A DNA stretch of 64,000 nt from Bacteroidales bacterium. Lineage in GTDB: Bacteria > Bacteroidota > Bacteroidia > Bacteroidales > VadinHA17. The stretch lies in assembly GCA_038325595.1 (NCBI GenBank), contig JBBQJD010000001.1, positions 6,417 to 70,416 on the forward strand. Direction: 5' to 3'. This document shows, piece after piece, positions 9,085-18,647 of the stretch. A program made the position numbers and the translations under genes. Under the pieces are notes generated by a model. That model searched no databases, was not told where the DNA came from, and worked only from the letters and a program-made list of their open reading frames with translations. Numbering within the stretch: the first letter of the stretch is position 1; every line of letters begins with the position of its first letter.

Positions 9085-10539
9085 ATGTTAAAGCAAAGGC
9101 TACAACAGAAACTGCTTCAGAAGCTTTCACCCCAGCAGATACAGATGATCAAGCTGCTGGAGGTTCCTACTTTGCAGATCGAACAACGTATAAAAAAAGA
9201 GCTTGAAGAAAATCCTGCCCTCGAAGAGGGAGAGGATGAAGGGGACGTACCTGCTGAGTCTGAGGAAGAACAGTTTGAAGAGACTGATAAAGACCAGGAA
9301 GAATTCACTCTCGATGATTATATTGAAGAGGACGACATACCTGATTACCGGCTTCAGACTAAGAATAACAGCAAGGATGAGGAGAAAAGATCAGAAATAC
9401 CTTTTTCAGTAGGTTTCTCATTTTACGAACATCTCGAATCACAGCTTGGTTTGAGAGATCTTACTGAAAAGCAGAAGGTTCTGGGGGAATACATACTCGG
9501 TAATATAGATGAGGACGGATATCTTCGCAGGGAACTTATCAATATTGTTGATGATCTTGCGTTCCTTCAGAATATAGAGACAACCGAAGAGGAACTTGAA
9601 GAAGTTCTGAAGATAATTCATGATCTTGAACCAGCCGGAGTAGGTGCCAGAACGCTCAGGGAATGCCTTATGCTCCAGCTTGAAAAACGTGACAACTCGC
9701 AATCTTCCGTACAAATAGCTTATATAATTTTAGATCAGCATTTTGAAGAATTCACAAAGAGACATTATGATAAGATTGTTTCGAGGCTGGGAATTACAGA
9801 GAGCGATTTGAAATCGGCAATTGACGAGATCCTGAAATTAAATCCAAAGCCCGGTGGTGTTTACAGCGATCCATATAACAAAACATCACAGCCAATAATC
9901 CCTGATTTTATTCTGGAGCTTTCCGAAGACGGATTCGATCTTCACCTTAATTCCAGGAACCTTCCGGAATTGCGTCTGAGTTCTGCCTACAACGAAATGC
10001 TTCACAACTACAGCAAGGACAAAAGCCAGAAGAAGGAGATGAAAGATGCTGTTATGTTTGTAAAGCAGAAAATTGATTCCGCTAAATGGTTTATTGACGC
10101 TATAAAGCAGCGTCAGAACACTCTTCTTCTTACCATGAATGCCATTCTTGAATATCAGCAGGAGTATTTTATCGACGGGGATGAAACAAAATTACATCCG
10201 ATGATTCTCAAGGATGTTGCAGAGATGACCGGACTCGATATCTCCACCATTTCCAGGGTAGCCAACAGTAAATTCATTCAGACACATTTCGGTATATTCC
10301 CTTTAAAATTTTTCTTTTCAGAAGGTCTTCAGACTGATAGCGGGGAAGAGGTTTCAACAAGGGAAATTAAGAGAATATTGCAGGATTGCATTGAGAATGA
10401 GGAGAAAAGAAGACCATTGACAGATGAGCGGCTTACTGAAATTTTACAGGAGAAAGGATACCAGATTGCCCGCAGAACTGTTGCAAAATACCGCGAACAA
10501 CTGAATATACCCGTTGCCAGGCTGAGAAGAGAAATATGA
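9085..10539 (+). CDS. rpoN: RNA polymerase sigma-54 factor
   Basis: 484 aa. N-terminus MLKQRLQQKLLQKLSPQQIQMIKLLE, an acidic region, and a C-terminal RpoN box ARRTVAKYRE. Confidence 0.95.
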   Translation: MLKQRLQQKLLQKLSPQQIQMIKLLEVPTLQIEQRIKKELEENPALEEGEDEGDVPAESEEEQFEETDKDQEEFTLDDYIEEDDIPDYRLQTKNNSKDEEKRSEIPFSVGFSFYEHLESQLGLRDLTEKQKVLGEYILGNIDEDGYLRRELINIVDDLAFLQNIETTEEELEEVLKIIHDLEPAGVGARTLRECLMLQLEKRDNSQSSVQIAYIILDQHFEEFTKRHYDKIVSRLGITESDLKSAIDEILKLNPKPGGVYSDPYNKTSQPIIPDFILELSEDGFDLHLNSRNLPELRLSSAYNEMLHNYSKDKSQKKEMKDAVMFVKQKIDSAKWFIDAIKQRQNTLLLTMNAILEYQQEYFIDGDETKLHPMILKDVAEMTGLDISTISRVANSKFIQTHFGIFPLKFFFSEGLQTDSGEEVSTREIKRILQDCIENEEKRRPLTDERLTEILQEKGYQIARRTVAKYREQLNIPVARLRREI

Positions 10540-11168
10540 GTACTGATAAAAGAACCGGATTTCTGGATATTCTGGCAAAAACAGTGTCAGTAATATTCCA
10601 TCCTTTATTAATGCCTGTATACGGACTGATTATCATCTTTTCCGTGCCTGTGCTCGGATATCTCCCTTTCGAGGTGAAACGACTGATTTTTCTCATTGTT
10701 CTTATAAATAATGTTCTGCTTCCTCTTTCATTGTTCCCGTTTCTGAGGTACAGGAACCTGATATCATCATGGTCAGTAAACAGCAGAACTGAAAGAATGA
10801 TACCGCTTATTTTTACTACACTGCTTTATGCCGCAACATCATATATTATTAACAAGTTTCCTATTCCGGGTTTTCTCAAATCCTATGTTATGGCAATATT
10901 CTTTCTTTCGCTTGTTGTAACCCTGATTTATTTCTGGAAACTGATATCCCTTCACTCAGTCGCAGCCGGTGCTCTTATATCACTGGTACTGACCCTGTCT
11001 TTTAAGCTTTATTCACCACTTATATGGTATCTTTTAGGGATAGTGGTAATTTCGGGAATTTTACTCTCCGCCAGACTAAAACTGAGTTACAGGACCCCCG
11101 GGCAGGTATGGTCTGGCTTCCTGACCGGATTTGTTGTCCTGGGATTGTTTATCTGGTATCTCCAGTAA
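10536..11168 (+). CDS. Integral membrane protein (weak, degenerate PAP2-like motif pattern)
   Basis: 210 aa and highly hydrophobic, with about 6 TM segments. The ATG overlaps the rpoN stop (ATGA). Only a loose resemblance to PAP2 motifs (..SLHSVAAG.., ..SYRTPGQVWSG..). Confidence 0.55.
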   Translation: MSTDKRTGFLDILAKTVSVIFHPLLMPVYGLIIIFSVPVLGYLPFEVKRLIFLIVLINNVLLPLSLFPFLRYRNLISSWSVNSRTERMIPLIFTTLLYAATSYIINKFPIPGFLKSYVMAIFFLSLVVTLIYFWKLISLHSVAAGALISLVLTLSFKLYSPLIWYLLGIVVISGILLSARLKLSYRTPGQVWSGFLTGFVVLGLFIWYLQ

Positions 11169-12248
11169 TTCCTCCAGTGCTTTTTCAAGGAGCATTATGC
11201 TCTCTTTTATTATTTCCTCTGACCATCCAGCATTTAAAGGACTTAATAATAACCCTTTTTCTGTTTCATTCTGTGGAACAGTTGTAAACCAACCTTTTTC
11301 AGAGAGGTATGCTGCCAGGTATTCCTGTTCTGTCTGCCCTGGGGTGGGTATTAGTAAAGCACTGGATCTTAATGCAATAAGATCCATAATTGTAGTGTAG
11401 CCTGATCGGCTGATGATTCTTTCACTGCTGCATATTACTTCCTTCATTTCTGAAGCAGGAAGATGTGAATAAAAGATAATATTTCCTATAAGGTTACTCC
11501 TTCCTGAATCATAAGGCTTTCCTTCAAATATTATAGTAACTGGAATTTTAACCCTCAGGAAGCTGACCAGCATTTGTTTAAGTATCTCTCTCTGTGGTTC
11601 CGGACCCGATAGAATAATAGTATTGTGTGGAAAAGGGGCCGGGTTTGATACGGATGAGGGTCTGTCTGAAAGAAATCTCGATAATATTCCGGTATACCTG
11701 ACATTTTCCGGAAGCTTTATTCCATGGGATAATTTTCCAGAAATATTCATTTCCCCGGGAAGATCAGGAATCAAGCAGAGAGAGTACCTTTTTATTACAG
11801 CCCTGTGAAGAAGAACTCCGATAAACTCAAGAAATCTGAGTGGTTTTGGGAGTGGCAGTAATGGCATATGAGTTACGTATGCTGTTACTGTCTTTGAATT
11901 CCATAAGCCAAAACGGTTATCGCTGATGACTATATCAATACTATATCTTCTGATTATATTCTTAAGTCTGTAGTGTTCCAGAATAATATGATATATTAAA
12001 TATGGAGTTTGCAGCAGCAGAACAATATACTGAGGGAATATGCGGGAATAGAAAGGTCTGAAACCCGGGAAAGTAATGTAATTCAATCCGGTTATTTCAC
12101 TTTTAAACAATGAAAGGTGATATTCTCCCGAACCGATAAAAATATTATTCCCTGAATCCCGAAGCTTTCTTGCAACAGGAATCATACGTGCAGCATGACC
12201 CAGTCCCCATTCAAGAGGACATATAAGTATGTTTTTACTTTTTATCAA
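11076..12248 (-). CDS. Glycosyltransferase, GT28/MurG-like (TIGR00661-type)
   Basis: 390 aa. N-terminus ILICPLEWGLGHAARMIPVARKL is typical of the GNGH-type GT28-like family. TTG start 1 nt after the upstream stop. The 3' end overlaps the convergent membrane-protein gene by 93 nt. Confidence 0.65.
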   Translation of the reverse strand: MIKSKNILICPLEWGLGHAARMIPVARKLRDSGNNIFIGSGEYHLSLFKSEITGLNYITFPGFRPFYSRIFPQYIVLLLQTPYLIYHIILEHYRLKNIIRRYSIDIVISDNRFGLWNSKTVTAYVTHMPLLPLPKPLRFLEFIGVLLHRAVIKRYSLCLIPDLPGEMNISGKLSHGIKLPENVRYTGILSRFLSDRPSSVSNPAPFPHNTIILSGPEPQREILKQMLVSFLRVKIPVTIIFEGKPYDSGRSNLIGNIIFYSHLPASEMKEVICSSERIISRSGYTTIMDLIALRSSALLIPTPGQTEQEYLAAYLSEKGWFTTVPQNETEKGLLLSPLNAGWSEEIIKESIMLLEKALEELLEIPDKQSQDNKSGQEARPYLPGGPVTQF

Positions 12249-12249
12249 A

Positions 12250-13032
12250 CTAAGCAGATACCTGTGTCTTTATTCCCAGATTTTCGACCCGCGCAGCTAT
12301 TGCACTGAGTTCCTTTGCAGATACTTTTTTTAATTGTGCTCCTTCGGGAGTATCTCTCGAAATTGTATAGATCATCACTTCTGATGGTTTTATTCTTTGA
12401 AGTGCACCAAGCCAGGCATTGATCTCTTCCGGCGTTGTATTGTCAATAATTTTTCCGTCATATACCCCGTTAAGGAAAAGGGTCTGAATAATCAGTTTTC
12501 CATTAAAACCGGCCAGATTCTCAATCAGTTCTTCTGCATTAATTTTAACCCGAGGCTGATTATGGATCATGATTGTTTCATCAAAGGCAGAATCCAGTTT
12601 CAGGATATTCTGATCGACTTTCAATAAAGCTGCCTTTATCAGGGGATTTTTTATTGTAGTGGAATTTGACAGAACTGCAATCTTTGCCTTCGGGAAGTAT
12701 TTATTTCTCAAAATTATGCTATCATCAATAATCCCCGGAAATTCAGGGTGCAATGTAGGTTCTCCATTGCCGGCATAGGTGATCACATCAGGCGCTTCAC
12801 CTCCTCCTTTCATAACCGACAGTTTGTGATCCAATGCTTCCCGCACCTCATCACGGCCCGGAAGATGAATGGCTGCCTTCTGAATATCATTGGTCCAGCC
12901 GCACTCGCAGTAAATACAGTTGAAGTTGCAGATCTTGCTGTTTACAGGCAACAGGTTTATTCCGAGCGATACTCCAAGCCTCCTGCTCTTCACCGGTCCG
13001 AAAATGATTTCATTAAAAAGAAAAGTGGCCAT
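12250..13032 (-). CDS. Radical SAM protein
   Basis: CxxxCxxC cluster motif CNFNCIYCECGW. Conserved FGPVKSRRLGVSLGINL N-terminus. ATG at 13032 is preferred over the listed TTG at 13053. Confidence 0.8.
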   Translation of the reverse strand: MATFLFNEIIFGPVKSRRLGVSLGINLLPVNSKICNFNCIYCECGWTNDIQKAAIHLPGRDEVREALDHKLSVMKGGGEAPDVITYAGNGEPTLHPEFPGIIDDSIILRNKYFPKAKIAVLSNSTTIKNPLIKAALLKVDQNILKLDSAFDETIMIHNQPRVKINAEELIENLAGFNGKLIIQTLFLNGVYDGKIIDNTTPEEINAWLGALQRIKPSEVMIYTISRDTPEGAQLKKVSAKELSAIAARVENLGIKTQVSA

Positions 13033-13071
13033 GCTTATTCTATCAGGTGGCAAAATTAATACAATTATCTG

Positions 13072-14247
13072 TTAAGCGAGTCGTATCAGATGACTCTCAG
13101 GCAGAAGTTTCATATTTATCAGATCTACATTCTGAAGAAGAAGCAATCCGGGTTTCATTCCTTCCCTGATTTTACCGAAATTCTCCTCTTCATTCAATGC
13201 TCTTGCACCATTCACTGTTGCCCAGGTTATCAGCTCTTCGATTGAAAGTGAAGGAAAATTCAGCTGGAGAGTTTTTATTTCGTCAAGAATGCTGAGTTTA
13301 TTATTGGAAGCCAGGCTGTCAGTTCCTATAACGATGTCACAGGCTTCTTCAATCAACAGATCAACCGGTGGGATTTTATTTTCAATATAAAGATTGGAAC
13401 CGGGACAAAGGCACCAGAACAAATTCTTTCTCTCTTTTATCCTTCGTATTGTTGTCCTGTCAGCATAGAGATTATGTACAAGTAACAGGTTCCCGTTTGA
13501 AGTTACTTCTTTGAGTATCGCATCGATATGGTTTTCAGAATTTTGCATCGAAACAGGAATTAATCCTGATTTTTTGTACGACTCCATTATTGTACCCGAT
13601 TGTCTTTCCAGGAAATCCTTTTCTCCTTCTGTCTCCATGAAATGGATTGATGTTATACGATTGTTCCCGCTTTTTTCCCTGATAAGCCTGAATAATGGTA
13701 AAGAGACTGAATAAACCGAATGTGGAACTATTGAATAAGGCAGATCCATTTTTTCTGCATATTCAGCAAGTAATGATGCTTCATTAATACGCTTTCCGGC
13801 TTTTTCCGGATCAATTCCAAAAACCTCGAGCAGATTTTTATATTTTACCCGGCTGGCCTTTTTTACATAGAATGAATCCGGAGTATTACAGATATCGGCA
13901 CACAGATTTACTCCTTCATCATACAAATATTTATCAGCTGAAGCAATTGAGCTGCTTTTGCTGTCTGTTTCATTTTCCCTGATGCTCCTTACATGCTGAA
14001 TAAAATCTCCCAAGCCGCCACCCGGTTCAATTTTCCCTTTAAGGTGTGACAGCTCGAGATGACAATGGCAATTAACAAAACCGGGAATTATTATGCCATT
14101 ATAGAACTCAACTGAATGATGTTCCTGTAAACTTCCTTTTGTATCATCCACACCGGTAATAGTCCCATCATCATTTATTGTGATTACTGCTCTCTTTAAA
14201 ATTGGACCTGTGTTTGTAATTGTATACTGGGCCGAGAACCGCTTCAT
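13072..14247 (-). CDS. Amidohydrolase-family metal-dependent hydrolase (deaminase/chlorohydrolase-like)
   Basis: 391 aa. HxH metal motif in IIPGFVNCHCHLELSH. Overall amidohydrolase layout (..GTDSLASN..). Confidence 0.75.
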   Translation of the reverse strand: MKRFSAQYTITNTGPILKRAVITINDDGTITGVDDTKGSLQEHHSVEFYNGIIIPGFVNCHCHLELSHLKGKIEPGGGLGDFIQHVRSIRENETDSKSSSIASADKYLYDEGVNLCADICNTPDSFYVKKASRVKYKNLLEVFGIDPEKAGKRINEASLLAEYAEKMDLPYSIVPHSVYSVSLPLFRLIREKSGNNRITSIHFMETEGEKDFLERQSGTIMESYKKSGLIPVSMQNSENHIDAILKEVTSNGNLLLVHNLYADRTTIRRIKERKNLFWCLCPGSNLYIENKIPPVDLLIEEACDIVIGTDSLASNNKLSILDEIKTLQLNFPSLSIEELITWATVNGARALNEEENFGKIREGMKPGLLLLQNVDLINMKLLPESHLIRLA

Positions 14248-15038
14248 TTCTGAATTGAATAGTTAATAAGATAAATTGAATCTATTATCACATGCTTTCC
14301 CCACTCATCAGGGTGATTATCATAATCGTACAATGACCCATTCAGGGATAACGGTTTGGATATTCTTATTATAATAACATAATTATGCCTGTGACCATCT
14401 TTTATAAACTCGTAAGTTTTAATATTTCTGCGTTTCCCTGATCCGACACTGTCGACATGAACCATATAGGCTGTAGTTCTGGGATTGAATGTCTGATCAT
14501 CAGGAAATAATGTGACCGAGTATGTTAGTGAATAAATACCCGGATCCTTCAGTTCAATGCTGAAGTTGACTGAATCTGTACCGGAAGGATCAGGGAATGA
14601 ATAAAATTTTTCTCCTTTCCACAAGTCTGTCTGATTGTCTCCGAAAGGTAACACCTCCTTTTCAATTATTGATTCCATTTCGCTCATGACAGCCAGTACC
14701 TGATCGTAAATCTCAACCAGTTTTTTTGGCTTTTTTACAAAATAATACCGGATTGTATTGTCCATGGCTTCTTTGTTATAGCCATGCAGTTTGACAATTT
14801 GATCATATGATGCCAGAGAATCAATAGAAACGAACATCGAATGAATCTTTGGAACCGTGAGAAGTCCATCAGCTATGTAGACATCAGCGAGGATTGAAAC
14901 AAGATCATCTTTAGGAATGAGTTCACCACGTTCCTGCTTTTCTTCTTTACTTGCACAGGAACCTGCGATCACTGAAAAAAGTATTGAGATTATCAGTAAA
15001 AGACGGTTCATGCCAGACAGGATTTCGTTTTTTCTCAT
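14244..15038 (-). CDS. Lipoprotein, DUF4296-like
   Basis: 264 aa. Signal and lipobox LFSVIAGSC. The motif LVSILADVYIADG is typical of DUF4296 as I recall it. ATGA overlaps with both neighbours. Confidence 0.55.
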   Translation of the reverse strand: MRKNEILSGMNRLLLIISILFSVIAGSCASKEEKQERGELIPKDDLVSILADVYIADGLLTVPKIHSMFVSIDSLASYDQIVKLHGYNKEAMDNTIRYYFVKKPKKLVEIYDQVLAVMSEMESIIEKEVLPFGDNQTDLWKGEKFYSFPDPSGTDSVNFSIELKDPGIYSLTYSVTLFPDDQTFNPRTTAYMVHVDSVGSGKRRNIKTYEFIKDGHRHNYVIIIRISKPLSLNGSLYDYDNHPDEWGKHVIIDSIYLINYSIQK

Positions 15039-16258
15039 ACCCCTTTATTCAGGAACTTTTTTGTCAGATATCTTACAGGATACCATGCAGCCCAATATCC
15101 TATCAGGAGGACTGTAACCGGAACGATGATAAAATCCTTCATCTTCATAACAACAGGATAAGAGTCCATGATCAGTGAATCGCTCTGGAGTTTTACAAGG
15201 CCGAATGTCTGCTGAAGCCAGCATACCATAAAACCCAGGACAATACCGGTAAATGCTCCAATGATCGAGATAAGCCATCCTTCAAATATAAATATCTTTT
15301 TAATCAGGTTTTTGTCGGCGCCAAGGCTCTTAAGTATTTCAATATCGCGTTCCTTTTCAATTATCAGCATGGTCAGCGATCCTACAATATTGAAAGAAGC
15401 TATTATTAGTATAAGAGTAAGAATGAGGAAGATAGCCAGCCTCTCCGAGCGCATTACCTTATAAAAGATCTCCTGTTGTTCATACCTGTTCTGTACAACG
15501 AACCCTTTATCAAAAATCCTTGTAATTTCTTTCTGGACAGTCCGGGGATCAGCACCGTCAGTGAATTTGATCTCCACAGAACTTACCCCTTTATCTATCC
15601 CGGTAAGCTCTCGTGCAAAATCAAGAGGGATATAAACGTATTTTGAATCGTATTCCTTTTCAACTTCAAATATACCTGATGGGAAAATGTACTTTCTTGT
15701 GAATGCATCTTCAGGATTCAGGGTAATACTGCCGGATTTTTTGGGAACAAACAATACCAGTGGGGTGATGAAATTTATTCTTATTCCAAGATATTGGGCT
15801 ACTCCGATTCCGGGAACTGCAAAAGGCCTGTTCTTTTCTGATTTCAGAATAAATTCGCCTTCCCACATTGAGCTGTCAATTTGTGTTACGGAAGTATAAC
15901 TTTCATCCACACCTTTTATTGTAGCAATAAATTGCCTCTCTCCGTACTTGAGAAGTGCATTTTCCTCAATCGAAAGAGAATAGTAAGACACGCCGTCAAC
16001 ATTTCCAAGCATCCTCAGGCGGGCAGTGTCGGCAACGAAAGTTTTTCCCTGTGCAGCAGTTATTTTTATATCGGGATCAAACGTATTGAAGATGGCGCTT
16101 ACCATTGTTTCAAGTCCGTTAAAAACAGAGAGTATTATAATGAGAGCCATTGTTCCAACCGCCACGCCGGCTACTGATACAGCAGATATAACATTGATTG
16201 CATTCCGTGATTTTTTCGCGAACAGATACCTTTTTGCTATGTATAATGAGAGCTTCAC
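15035..16258 (-). CDS. LolC/LolE-family (FtsX-like) ABC transporter permease
   Basis: 407 aa with a GTG start. N-terminus MKLSLYIAKRYLFAKKSRNAINVISAVSVAGVAVGTMALIIILSVFNG and a C-terminal FtsX-type 3-TM domain. Confidence 0.8.
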   Translation of the reverse strand: MKLSLYIAKRYLFAKKSRNAINVISAVSVAGVAVGTMALIIILSVFNGLETMVSAIFNTFDPDIKITAAQGKTFVADTARLRMLGNVDGVSYYSLSIEENALLKYGERQFIATIKGVDESYTSVTQIDSSMWEGEFILKSEKNRPFAVPGIGVAQYLGIRINFITPLVLFVPKKSGSITLNPEDAFTRKYIFPSGIFEVEKEYDSKYVYIPLDFARELTGIDKGVSSVEIKFTDGADPRTVQKEITRIFDKGFVVQNRYEQQEIFYKVMRSERLAIFLILTLILIIASFNIVGSLTMLIIEKERDIEILKSLGADKNLIKKIFIFEGWLISIIGAFTGIVLGFMVCWLQQTFGLVKLQSDSLIMDSYPVVMKMKDFIIVPVTVLLIGYWAAWYPVRYLTKKFLNKGV

Positions 16259-16260
16259 AA

Positions 16261-17070
16261 TTACTTTCTTGCAGTCACGAGTAATCCCGTACCTCTCTTA
16301 TGGGTCAGCTGAAGGTCAAAATAATTGAGGATGACAGAGACAGGGAAAGCCACTAAATAATAAAATGGAAGGATGATAAAGAACAGATAAGAAACATTAA
16401 GCATTTTAACAGGATATTTCATTGAAAGACGCCATGAAATATTGCCTGGTTTTCCATATGTATAACGGGTATTGATGTCCCTGAAGCCCGCCATTGAAAG
16501 TTTTTCCCTGATATCATTGATACCGTATCCATCCCTTACGTGTTCATCAATAAATGATTCTTCCGAGTCATTGTGTACATCAGAACCTCCCTGGTCAGAC
16601 GGAGTTGAAATCAGCAAAATGCCTCCGGCTTTCATTGCCCTGTAGAAATTTTGAAAAACAAGTATATCTTTTTCAATATGTTCCATTACATCAACCGAGA
16701 GAACAATGTCATATCTTTCACGTTCTGAGAGTGTTGTGAGATCGCATGGTTCAAAAAACACTCTGTCGGACAGCCCTGCTTCGGTAAAAAAATTCCTACA
16801 GTCTTCAATCTGTTCAGTGTTGATATCTACTGCTTTGATTACCCAATGGTCGTTTAGCTTGCTCATGGTCCATGTATACTGGCCAAAGCCTGAACCGGCA
16901 TCCAGTACTGCTGTATCATCCGGATACTGCTGTGCAATGTTCCGCAATGCCCTGTTTACATGCCAGGCACGCAGAAGCAGCAGATCAAGAAGAAAATAGA
17001 GGGTTTTCCTCATAAATACTGATTTTGAGAAGACCCTGCCTACCGATTTTTTTATTGGCTCATACTGCAT
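16261..17070 (-). CDS. Class I SAM-dependent methyltransferase with C-terminal hydrophobic anchor
   Basis: 269 aa. SAM motif I is VLDAGSGFGQY. The C-terminal segment VSYLFFIILPFYYLVAFPVSVILNYF is predicted to be a TM helix. Confidence 0.7.
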   Translation of the reverse strand: MQYEPIKKSVGRVFSKSVFMRKTLYFLLDLLLLRAWHVNRALRNIAQQYPDDTAVLDAGSGFGQYTWTMSKLNDHWVIKAVDINTEQIEDCRNFFTEAGLSDRVFFEPCDLTTLSERERYDIVLSVDVMEHIEKDILVFQNFYRAMKAGGILLISTPSDQGGSDVHNDSEESFIDEHVRDGYGINDIREKLSMAGFRDINTRYTYGKPGNISWRLSMKYPVKMLNVSYLFFIILPFYYLVAFPVSVILNYFDLQLTHKRGTGLLVTARK

Positions 17071-17073
17071 ATG

Positions 17074-17412
17074 TCAGGACTTGAGCAGCTTGTCTATTTT
17101 ATCAATATAGTCGAGACTATCATCTATGTGAAATGCAATATCAGGGACAATCCTGAGCTGAGACCTGACTTTTTGACCAAGATCAAATCTGATTTTGGAA
17201 CTGCGTTCCTGTAATGAATTAATAATATCATTCTGATTTGCAGCTGGAAATATGCTCAGATACACTTTTGCAAAAGAAAGATCAGGGCTGATTCTGACCC
17301 TTGTTATTGAAATTAGCTTTCCATGAGCGAATTCATTACCTCTTTTAAGAAATATGTCGGCCAGTTCTTTCTGAATTAAGCGCGACACTTTTTTCTGTCT
17401 AGTCGATTCCAT
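17074..17412 (-). CDS. rbfA: Ribosome-binding factor A
   Basis: 112 aa. MESTRQKKVSRLIQKELADIF....ISITRVRISPDLSFAKVYLS is typical RbfA. Confidence 0.9.
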   Translation of the reverse strand: MESTRQKKVSRLIQKELADIFLKRGNEFAHGKLISITRVRISPDLSFAKVYLSIFPAANQNDIINSLQERSSKIRFDLGQKVRSQLRIVPDIAFHIDDSLDYIDKIDKLLKS

Positions 17413-17432
17413 GGCCAGGATTATTTAATGGG

Positions 17433-17440
17433 CAAAGGTA
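17433..17440 (-). promoter_or_regulatory. Candidate -7 box (TACCTTTG) for the rbfA operon
   Basis: The minus strand matches TAnnTTTG, 20 nt upstream of the rbfA ATG. Confidence 0.35.
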
Positions 17441-17466
17441 CTATTTTCCGTGAAATAGATTCCATA

Positions 17467-17575
17467 GTTGAAACGAACATTCGAACATCAGAACAATCGA
17501 ATTAAGAATTAAGAACTTCGCTGTTCTGATTTAGTTTGTTCTTCATTCGATTGTTCTATGGAAGTTTGTTTCCAC
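17467..17575. repeat. Imperfect ~109-nt palindromic element rich in GAACA/TGTTC
   Basis: Perfect 13-bp inverted repeat agaacaatcgaat (17490-17502) / attcgattgttct (17545-17557). Outer imperfect arms gttgaaacgaacattc / gaagtttgtttccac. An alternative pairing is atcagaaca (17487-17495) / tgttctgat (17522-17530). Confidence 0.6.
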
Positions 17576-17611
17576 TTAATCAACCTCTCAGATTTTTCGA
17601 GAAAAAAGAAT

Positions 17612-17619
17612 TAACTTTG
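17612..17619 (+). promoter_or_regulatory. Candidate -7 box (TAACTTTG) for trpS
   Basis: Matches TAnnTTTG, 25 nt upstream of the trpS ATG. Confidence 0.35.
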
Positions 17620-17644
17620 TGGACTATTTTTATTTAAGATTATA

Positions 17645-18634
17645 ATGGACACAGTTGTCAGTGGTATAAGGTCGACGGGGAATTTGCATCTTGGAAACTA
17701 TTTCGGAGCAATAAAGAATTTTCTGAAAATGCAGACCGAGAACAATTGCTTTTTCTTCATAGCTGACTATCACGCACTTACTACTCATCCCAAGCCCGAC
17801 GATCTTCATGGAAATATTAAGCAGGTTTTGGCTGAATACCTCGCCTGCGGAATAGATCCGGAAATAGCAACTGTCTATATTCAGAGCGATGTGCCTGAAG
17901 TATCCGAATTGTACCTGTTGATGAACATGAATGCATATGTCGGAGAACTTGAGAGAACTGCATCATTCAAAGAGAAGATAAGAAAGCATCCTGATAATGT
18001 AAATGCAGGATTGCTTACATACCCGGTTCTGATGGCTGCCGATATAATTATTCATAAGGCAAACAAGGTACCTGTTGGTAAGGATCAGGAGCAGCACCTC
18101 GAAATGACAAGGAGGTTCGCCAGGAGATTTAATATGATGTATGAGGTAAATTATTTTCCTGAGCCTGATGCATATAACTTTGGCAAACAGCTGGTCAAAA
18201 TACCCGGACTGGACGGTACGGGAAAAATGGGTAAGAGCGAAGGCAATGGTATATTCCTTTCTGATACTCCTGCAGAAATAAGAAAAAAAGTAATGAGAGC
18301 TGTGACCGATACCGGTCCGGCTTCACCTGATCAGGAACCTTCAGAACCTGTGAAGAATCTTTTTACCATAATGAGTGTGGTTTCCGATCCCTCAACTGTT
18401 AAACATTTTTCTGAGAAGCATGCTTCAGGCGAAATAAGGTACGGCGATATGAAAAAGCAGCTGGCAGAGGATATTATAAAGTTTACAGATCCAATAAGAG
18501 ATAGAATCAACGATATCCTGCTGGATAATAAATACTTGTCAAAGGTTGTCTCGCATGGAGCGGAAAAAGCGAGGGAAAGTGCTGCCAGAACCGTGAGGGA
18601 AGTAAGAGAAATAATCGGATACAAACCTTTTTAG
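17645..18634 (+). CDS. trpS: Tryptophanyl-tRNA synthetase
   Basis: 329 aa. HIGH-type motif GNLHLGNY and KMSKS-type motif KMGKS. Confidence 0.95.
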   Translation: MDTVVSGIRSTGNLHLGNYFGAIKNFLKMQTENNCFFFIADYHALTTHPKPDDLHGNIKQVLAEYLACGIDPEIATVYIQSDVPEVSELYLLMNMNAYVGELERTASFKEKIRKHPDNVNAGLLTYPVLMAADIIIHKANKVPVGKDQEQHLEMTRRFARRFNMMYEVNYFPEPDAYNFGKQLVKIPGLDGTGKMGKSEGNGIFLSDTPAEIRKKVMRAVTDTGPASPDQEPSEPVKNLFTIMSVVSDPSTVKHFSEKHASGEIRYGDMKKQLAEDIIKFTDPIRDRINDILLDNKYLSKVVSHGAEKARESAARTVREVREIIGYKPF

Positions 18635-18647
18635 CTGTTAAATATTC

